A stretch of DNA of 64,000 bases, from positions 60,264,001 to 60,328,000 of the forward strand of contig OZ024745.1 of NCBI GenBank assembly GCA_964016885.1. The letters are read 5' to 3'. Made by a program: the position numbers and the translations under genes. Below the pieces are notes generated by a model that ran no database searches, was not told the origin of the DNA, and saw nothing but the letters and a program-made list of their open reading frames with translations. Below, piece after piece: positions 56,168 to 64,000 of the stretch (its first letter is position 1; every line of letters starts with the position of its first letter). Origin of the DNA: Eledone cirrhosa (lineage: Eukaryota).

Positions 56168-56278
56168 GTGCTGACAATTGTTTCATTGATCTGGTCGGTC
56201 TAGAGCTCGCTAATCGCTTGGCGTTGCGTCAATCGATCTCCAATACTTTGTTTACAACCAGTCAATACATCAGAGTAC
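56168..56278 (-). ncRNA. Type I hammerhead-like motif with core CUGAUGU and long loop II
   Basis: Minus strand: GUACU-CUGAUGU-AUUGA...UCAAU-GAAA-CAAUUG-UC-AGCAC, then AAUAAA. One mismatch in stem I; triplet GUC. Confidence 0.55.
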
Positions 56279-57290
56279 GTGGATATGAGGATGATACGCA
56301 AGGCATGGCTTTTATAGGAGAGTGGTGTTAGACCAGAACAATAACATCAGTAACAAACTAACTAGATAGTGAATAATTAAAACAATAACATCAATACAAG
56401 TAAGAAATAGTGATAAAACAAGCATGATAAACAAACAGATATGATACAGATGTATTAAGTGACATGCGAAATCTACCATAGGGTACATTAGAGGTAGTAG
56501 TCAAGGGATGAGTTAGATGAAGGGATAAATAATAAGATGTACTTAGAGTCAGGTTTAGGAATCTACACTTTAAGTGCAATTATGAGAGATTTAGATACAA
56601 GTGAGCTGTGGGTCTGACATCCTACCAACAATAAAACGGAGATTCATTTATGGTTTGACAGATAAGCGCTTGTGTTAGGTATTTTCTCCTGTTGTATCAA
56701 CTTAGTGAGATTGATGAAGGGAGTCTATTGAGATGTATGGTTTATTGTTAGCTGGTATTAAGTGAAATTGTGGATTCAGTATGTTATTCTAAATTTTGGG
56801 ATTGCTAGTTCGAATCATGGAGGTTTAGTTTTCGCAACATCAATAACAAAATAGTGTATAATTAAGACAATAACATCAACAATAAAACATGCATGGTAAA
56901 TAGATAGAGAACATGATGAATACATTTAGGGATAGGGTGCATTGAGATGATAATAAGAAGAAGAGTTTCAAAGGAGTGTAAGAGTAATAAGATAATGTAC
57001 TTAGAATTAAGTTCATCTGTTAGAGATCATGGGTGCTAATATGAGATATGTAGATATAATTGTTTGGTCCGAAAGAATAAACAACAGCAAAGACGAGATT
57101 GATTTATGCGCTGACAATATAATTGGTAAATGTTTGTAGACATTGCCGTCCCATCTTGGTGGTATAGATGTAGGGAGGCTGGAAGGTGTTTATAGAAGTC
57201 TGTGGTTCTGAAGTGGGCTGTGTGAGAACGTGGATTTTATACGTTAAAGTCTAAGTGGTTTTCTATTAATTTTGGGGATGCTGGTTCTAA

Positions 57291-57746
57291 TCACGGTAGT
57301 TTAAATCTCGTAAATTTAGTAGCAATCCTATGTCTGCAGAATATTGACCTTTCTATTTTGCTGTTAAGTAGCATTTTATCGTACCTTAAGATATGTAGCA
57401 ATTCAGGGTTGCAGAGCCCGCAATGGGACATACCGCTGCTATAGGCCTTTCCGGCCGCTAATTTTGACCAGCTAATATTGTAATCAAGGTTTTTGTCCTT
57501 AAGTTGCCAGATTTTATTGGCGAGGGTTGTAGAATTCACTAGTGCGCGGTTCTTCATTGAATGTTTATGGACATACCACCTTTTTTTAAAATCACCCGCA
57601 GTAGATCCTATGTAGTGCCAGGTGGAGTTGCGCGAGTTTACAGTACACATGTACACTAATCTAGAATCTAGGCACCTATTCCCTAATGGGCACGTATCTG
57701 GTAGATGGCAATTGCAGTTTGAGGTATTATTCCGTGCAGCTTTCAC
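57291..57746 (-). CDS. Intact GIY-YIG endonuclease domain of a Penelope-like retroelement
   Basis: CNC...CPLG..CL...LVY.C.V...YIGST..FKKRW..H..S...TTLA..IWQLK...CGLC..E...LLNSKIE...CRH. Clear paralogue of 54145-54633. No RT in the window. Confidence 0.88.
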   Translation of the reverse strand: MKAARNNTSNCNCHLPDTCPLGNRCLDSRLVYMCTVNSRNSTWHYIGSTAGDFKKRWYVHKHSMKNRALVNSTTLANKIWQLKDKNLDYNISWSKLAAGKAYSSGMSHCGLCNPELLHILRYDKMLLNSKIERSIFCRHRIATKFTRFKLP

Positions 57747-57967
57747 ATTGCGGTTTTGTAAGTTATGTGTGAGTTGCTATTCATGCCTATTGAATTTTTG
57801 CTGTGGTGTGTTCAGATGCGTTTGTGGTTGTGATACTGTTATGTGTTTGTGTTTTGTATTTGGTGCTATGTTGTGTATTGGTGGGGTAATCTCCTTAGAG
57901 ATAGTTTTGTTATTTCATTGTTTTTACTATTTGTATTCTGGACTTTTCCGACGGAATTACTTCATTT

Positions 57968-58160
<193 letters not shown>

Positions 58161-58164
<4 letters not shown>

Positions 58165-60647
58165 AATATAGACATAGAATATTCGAAAATATTCTGTATG
58201 TTTATAATAAACATTTTGAAGACCTAATCGCTATAGAATAGAATACGTCACGTATTACAATTAGATTCTCGATAAAAGCAAGGGAAGTAATCTACGCGTT
58301 TCATTCTCGTTAGAAATCATCAGGACTACATATCCAGTGCTTTTATCGAGAATGACACAGCTAGAGACTTATAGAATACTTAGCTGTGTACAGGAACTGG
58401 TTTGAAAGAGCGGTTGCCGGTCCGGCAGAAATTAGAAATTGGAATAAATGCTCTGAAATAGCGATATATATGTGAATATAGACATAGAATATTCGAAAAT
58501 ATTCTGTATGTTTATAATAAACATTTTGAAGACCTAATCGCTATAGAATAGAATACGTCACGTATTACAATTAGATTCTCGATAAAAGCAAGGGAAGTAA
58601 TCTACGCGTTTCATTCTCGTTAGAAATCATCAGGACTACATATCCAGTGCTTTTATCGAGAATGACACAGCTAGAGACTTATAGAATACTTAGCTGTGTA
58701 CAGGAACTGGTTTGAAAGAGCGGTTGCCGGTCCGGCAGAAATTAGAAATTGGAATAAATGCTCTGAAATAGCGATATATATGTGAATATAGACATAGAAT
58801 ATTCGAAAATATTCTGTATGTTTATAATAAACATTTTGAAGACCTAATCGCTATAGAATAGAATACGTCACGTATTACAATTAGATTCTCGATAAAAGCA
58901 AGGGAAGTAATCTACGCGTTTCATTCTCGTTAGAAATCATCAGGACTACATATCCAGTGCTTTTATCGAGAATGACACAGCTAGAGACTTATAGAATACT
59001 TAGCTGTGTACAGGAACTGGTTTGAAAGAGCGGTTGCCGGTCCGGCAGAAATTAGAAATTGGAATAAATGCTCTGAAATAGCGATATATATGTGAATATA
59101 GACATAGAATATTCGAAAATATTCTGTATGTTTATAATAAACATTTTGAAGACCTAATCGCTATAGAATAGAATACGTCACGTATTACAATTAGATTCTC
59201 GATAAAAGCAAGGGAAGTAATCTACGCGTTTCATTCTCGTTAGAAATCATCAGGACTACATATCCAGTGCTTTTATCGAGAATGACACAGCTAGAGACTT
59301 ATAGAATACTTAGCTGTGTACAGGAACTGGTTTGAAAGAGCGGTTGCCGGTCCGGCAGAAATTAGAAATTGGAATAAATGCTCTGAAATAGCGATATATA
59401 TGTGAATATAGACATAGAATATTCGAAAATATTCTGTATGTTTATAATAAACATTTTGAAGACCTAATCGCTATAGAATAGAATACGTCACGTATTACAA
59501 TTAGATTCTCGATAAAAGCAAGGGAAGTAATCTACGCGTTTCATTCTCGTTAGAAATCATCAGGACTACATATCCAGTGCTTTTATCGAGAATGACACAG
59601 CTAGAGACTTATAGAATACTTAGCTGTGTACAGGAACTGGTTTGAAAGAGCGGTTGCCGGTCCGGCAGAAATTAGAAATTGGAATAAATGCTCTGAAATA
59701 GCGATATATATGTGAATATAGACATAGAATATTCGAAAATATTCTGTATGTTTATAATAAACATTTTGAAGACCTAATCGCTATAGAATAGAATACGTCA
59801 CGTATTACAATTAGATTCTCGATAAAAGCAAGGGAAGTAATCTACGCGTTTCATTCTCGTTAGAAATCATCAGGACTACATATCCAGTGCTTTTATCGAG
59901 AATGACACAGCTAGAGACTTATAGAATACTTAGCTGTGTACAGGAACTGGTTTGAAAGAGCGGTTGCCGGTCCGGCAGAAATTAGAAATTGGAATAAATG
60001 CTCTGAAATAGCGATATATATGTGAATATAGACATAGAATATTCGAAAATATTCTGTATGTTTATAATAAACATTTTGAAGACCTAATCGCTATAGAATA
60101 GAATACGTCACGTATTACAATTAGATTCTCGATAAAAGCAAGGGAAGTAATCTACGCGTTTCATTCTCGTTAGAAATCATCAGGACTACATATCCAGTGC
60201 TTTTATCGAGAATGACACAGCTAGAGACTTATAGAATACTTAGCTGTGTACAGGAACTGGTTTGAAAGAGCGGTTGCCGGTCCGGCAGAAATTAGAAATT
60301 GGAATAAATGCTCTGAAATAGCGATATATATGTGAATATAGACATAGAATATTCGAAAATATTCTGTATGTTTATAATAAACATTTTGAAGACCTAATCG
60401 CTATAGAATAGAATACGTCACGTATTACAATTAGATTCTCGATAAAAGCAAGGGAAGTAATCTACGCGTTTCATTCTCGTTAGAAATCATCAGGACTACA
60501 TATCCAGTGCTTTTATCGAGAATGACACAGCTAGAGACTTATAGAATACTTAGCTGTGTACAGGAACTGGTTTGAAAGAGCGGTTGCCGGTCCGGCAGAA
60601 ATTAGAAATTGGAATAAATGCTCTGAAATAGCGATATATATGTGAAT
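58161..60647 (-). mobile_element. Retrozyme-like array, left arm: 8 tandem 310-bp units, HHR on the minus strand
   Basis: TGTGAAT recurs at 58161, 58471, 58781, 59091, 59401, 59711, 60021, 60331 and 60641 (partial unit). No differences seen between units. Confidence 0.93.
58265..58353 (-). ncRNA. Minimal type I hammerhead ribozyme (first of 8 minus-strand copies, every 310 bp)
   Basis: Reverse complement of the motif at 60755-60843. Confidence 0.9.
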
Positions 60648-60650
60648 TTA

Positions 60651-62524
60651 TTCAGAGCATTTATTCCAATTTCTAATTTCTGCCGGACCGGCAACCGCTC
60701 TTTCAAACCAGTTCCTGTACACAGCTAAGTATTCTATAAGTCTCTAGCTGTGTCATTCTCGATAAAAGCACTGGATATGTAGTCCTGATGATTTCTAACG
60801 AGAATGAAACGCGTAGATTACTTCCCTTGCTTTTATCGAGAATCTAATTGTAATACGTGACGTATTCTATTCTATAGCGATTAGGTCTTCAAAATGTTTA
60901 TTATAAACATACAGAATATTTTCGAATATTCTATGTCTATATTCACATATATATCGCTATTTCAGAGCATTTATTCCAATTTCTAATTTCTGCCGGACCG
61001 GCAACCGCTCTTTCAAACCAGTTCCTGTACACAGCTAAGTATTCTATAAGTCTCTAGCTGTGTCATTCTCGATAAAAGCACTGGATATGTAGTCCTGATG
61101 ATTTCTAACGAGAATGAAACGCGTAGATTACTTCCCTTGCTTTTATCGAGAATCTAATTGTAATACGTGACGTATTCTATTCTATAGCGATTAGGTCTTC
61201 AAAATGTTTATTATAAACATACAGAATATTTTCGAATATTCTATGTCTATATTCACATATATATCGCTATTTCAGAGCATTTATTCCAATTTCTAATTTC
61301 TGCCGGACCGGCAACCGCTCTTTCAAACCAGTTCCTGTACACAGCTAAGTATTCTATAAGTCTCTAGCTGTGTCATTCTCGATAAAAGCACTGGATATGT
61401 AGTCCTGATGATTTCTAACGAGAATGAAACGCGTAGATTACTTCCCTTGCTTTTATCGAGAATCTAATTGTAATACGTGACGTATTCTATTCTATAGCGA
61501 TTAGGTCTTCAAAATGTTTATTATAAACATACAGAATATTTTCGAATATTCTATGTCTATATTCACATATATATCGCTATTTCAGAGCATTTATTCCAAT
61601 TTCTAATTTCTGCCGGACCGGCAACCGCTCTTTCAAACCAGTTCCTGTACACAGCTAAGTATTCTATAAGTCTCTAGCTGTGTCATTCTCGATAAAAGCA
61701 CTGGATATGTAGTCCTGATGATTTCTAACGAGAATGAAACGCGTAGATTACTTCCCTTGCTTTTATCGAGAATCTAATTGTAATACGTGACGTATTCTAT
61801 TCTATAGCGATTAGGTCTTCAAAATGTTTATTATAAACATACAGAATATTTTCGAATATTCTATGTCTATATTCACATATATATCGCTATTTCAGAGCAT
61901 TTATTCCAATTTCTAATTTCTGCCGGACCGGCAACCGCTCTTTCAAACCAGTTCCTGTACACAGCTAAGTATTCTATAAGTCTCTAGCTGTGTCATTCTC
62001 GATAAAAGCACTGGATATGTAGTCCTGATGATTTCTAACGAGAATGAAACGCGTAGATTACTTCCCTTGCTTTTATCGAGAATCTAATTGTAATACGTGA
62101 CGTATTCTATTCTATAGCGATTAGGTCTTCAAAATGTTTATTATAAACATACAGAATATTTTCGAATATTCTATGTCTATATTCACATATATATCGCTAT
62201 TTCAGAGCATTTATTCCAATTTCTAATTTCTGCCGGACCGGCAACCGCTCTTTCAAACCAGTTCCTGTACACAGCTAAGTATTCTATAAGTCTCTAGCTG
62301 TGTCATTCTCGATAAAAGCACTGGATATGTAGTCCTGATGATTTCTAACGAGAATGAAACGCGTAGATTACTTCCCTTGCTTTTATCGAGAATCTAATTG
62401 TAATACGTGACGTATTCTATTCTATAGCGATTAGGTCTTCAAAATGTTTATTATAAACATACAGAATATTTTCGAATATTCTATGTCTATATTCACATAT
62501 ATATCGCTATTTCAGAGCATTTAT

Positions 62525-62530
<6 letters not shown>
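60651..62530 (+). mobile_element. Retrozyme-like array, right arm: 6 tandem 310-bp units plus 20 bp, inverted relative to the left arm
   Basis: TTCAGAGCAT at 60651, 60961, 61271, 61581, 61891, 62201 and 62511. The unit is the reverse complement of the left-arm unit. The arm ends in (TA)n. Confidence 0.93.
60755..60843 (+). ncRNA. Minimal type I hammerhead ribozyme (first of 6 plus-strand copies)
   Basis: Stem I GUAGUC(60779-84)/GAUUAC(60816-21) plus a 16-bp distal helix AUUCUCGAUAAAAGCA/UGCUUUUAUCGAGAAU; CUGAUGA 60785-91; stem II UUCU-AACG-AGAA; GAAA 60806-09; palindromic stem III ACGCGU; predicted cut after GUA (60815). Confidence 0.9.
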
Positions 62531-62559
<29 letters not shown>

Positions 62560-62560
<1 letters not shown>

Positions 62561-62674
62561 CGAAGGAAATGTGGTAAGGAACCAGGTGGACCATAACGCA
62601 CCAAAGTACTCAATACTTAGTCCAGAATTAGCCGTCGAAACGGCTTGAGCTCAGCCGTCGGGGTCTTACTTGTT

Positions 62675-62679
<5 letters not shown>
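62560..62679. mobile_element. Second inverted-junction fragment of the 55691-55899 family, flanked by (TA)n
   Basis: 62560-62620 is the reverse complement of ~55837-55897, and 62617-62679 is a direct copy of ~55758-55820. Contains GAAA-CGGCT-TGAGCTC-AGCCG-TC. Confidence 0.85.
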
Positions 62680-62750
<71 letters not shown>

Positions 62751-62821
62751 GTGGGTGATATTAAATATCCAATTACAAGTATACTACAGAGCCGAAATAT
62801 GTTATAAATAACAATCAAAGA

Positions 62822-62899
62822 GTGTTTAAAACATTTAATCACTTACGATCGTTTCATCCTAGCACAAGGCCGGATACGTCGGAGTAAATGTTAAAACAC
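62822..62899 (-). ncRNA. Type I hammerhead-like motif with core CCGACGU
   Basis: Minus strand: ACAUUU-ACU-CCGACGU-AUCC-(12 nt)-GGAU-GAAA-CGAUCG-UA-AGU-GAUU-AAAUGU. Palindromic stem III, triplet GUA, ~75 bp from (TA)n. Confidence 0.6.
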
Positions 62900-63180
62900 A
62901 AATATAACATCAGAACGTTGTCAGACGAACATTAGGAGGATACATAATATGGGAAGTAAGAATAAGTGTCAACATTTATATAAGAAAAGATAGCAAAGGC
63001 GAAAGAAGCATATGAAAAATATGAGCATATAAATGCAATAAAATTAGGAGCGGCATTAAAAATAAAAAAAAATATAGAAAGGTTAAGTACAATGCAAGGC
63101 ATATATCATAATCAGCAAATAAACATCTAAACTATAATAAAGTAAGGAATGCGGGACTGCGTCCAGAATATATTTTTTTT

Positions 63181-63605
63181 ATCCCGTTTGTAAAATAAGT
63201 TGGATTACTTTGAATAAATAATAAATGAATATTACATAATTTATCTACTAAATTTCTTTATTCTTGATTAAATATAAATAATTTTGTCGCTTATTTTAAG
63301 ATTCACTTCTTTAAAATGTTCAAATGGCAACACTTACGGTTAGCGATCGCTTAAATAAACATTTATATATTTCCGTCACTAATTTTCTCCTAATGCAGTT
63401 TATATATAATATCATTTTATTTTTAATGTATCATGGATTACGTGACTGGTTACAGAAGACAGTGTAACACAGTCTTCGTTCAATTTCTATGTATATTGTC
63501 AATTACGATTTTATTTGATGTATCATATCTACTTACGTATAATATCAATATACACACTACACATGCTAGCAGAAAACCACCCTTCGGGTGGTTTTTCTGG
63601 TAGTA
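63181..63605 (+). mobile_element. AT-rich dispersed repeat ending in a GC-cored hairpin (possible non-autonomous Helitron/Helentron)
   Basis: Inverted copy at 51609-52011. Terminal hairpin AAAACCACCC-TTC-GGGTGGTTTT at 63573-63595, followed by CTGG/TAGT. Confidence 0.5.
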
Positions 63606-63705
63606 TATCATAAGCATTACAAAAGTTTATAAAGTTAATAAGAGCAGCTGCGCAGTTCAAATATAGATTTAAAAATATAAAAATATATCTCCCAAAGATA
63701 TCTTT

Positions 63706-63895
63706 AATAATTGTTTCTACTTTAGGCACAAGGCCAGCAATTACCCAGTGCATTACTGGTACTTTATTTTATCGACCCCGTAAGGATGAAAGCAAAGTCA
63801 ACCTCGGCGGGATTTGAACTCAGATCGTAAAGGGACGTAACTATGCTGGAAAGCATGGCGTCCGACCCTCTACCGATACTGCCAATTCACCGCCC
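63706..63895 (-). mobile_element. Full-length tRNA-derived SINE family A with 17-bp target-site duplication
   Basis: Minus strand: head GGGCGGTGAATTGGCAGTATCGG, B-box GAGTTCAAATCCC, core and tail. Direct repeat AAGATATCTTTAATAAT at 63695-63711 and 63896-63912. Confidence 0.9.
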
Positions 63896-63934
63896 AAGAT
63901 ATCTTTAATAATGGATATAAAACGTTCGACTACG

Positions 63935-63938
<4 letters not shown>

Positions 63939-64000
<62 letters not shown>
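63939..64000. repeat. (TA)n microsatellite (others at ~49583-49647, 51190-51240, 52498-52573, 55899-55949, 62529-62555, 62677-62748)
   Basis: Directly visible. Confidence 0.98.

Larger units (their letters stand above)
55950..57962 (-). mobile_element. Penelope-like element 3' portion (linker, EN, duplicated 3' UTR, HHR, AATAAA)
   Basis: GIY-YIG ORF 57291-57746, HHR-like motif 56168-56278, minus-strand AATAAA at 56158-56163. Bounded by (TA)n and (TG)n. Confidence 0.75.

Noticed and set aside
63573-63600. Rho-independent terminator-like hairpin plus T run
   Set aside because: The context is eukaryotic repeat DNA with no upstream gene; better explained as a transposon terminal hairpin.

Overview
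Eukaryotic, repeat-dominated DNA with no supportable host gene. The SINE families and (TA)n density suggest an octopus-like cephalopod genome (inference). Bases 1 to ~44157 are one 19-bp satellite (consensus GACTTGGAGTGTAAACTGC). It uses a small set of monomer variants arranged in nested higher-order repeats (~1-2 kb modules, a 5,330-bp duplication, a ~20-23 kb super-unit). All ORFs over it are artefacts of the 19-bp period. Bases ~44.2-48.9 kb hold tRNA-derived SINEs plus decayed mariner and CRE-like LINE fragments. Bases ~48.9-64 kb are a (TA)n-rich hotspot of Penelope-like element (PLE) remnants. They include three GIY-YIG endonuclease domains (one missed by the ORF track), at least five distinct type I hammerhead ribozyme (HHR) motifs with shared non-canonical core positions, and several fold-back insertions. 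The most striking structure is at 58161-62530: 14 apparently identical 310-bp units, each carrying a minimal HHR (a retrozyme-like element). Eight lie on the minus strand head-to-head with six on the plus strand, and both outer ends fuse to (TA)n. All calls were made by eye; no alignment, folding or database search was run.
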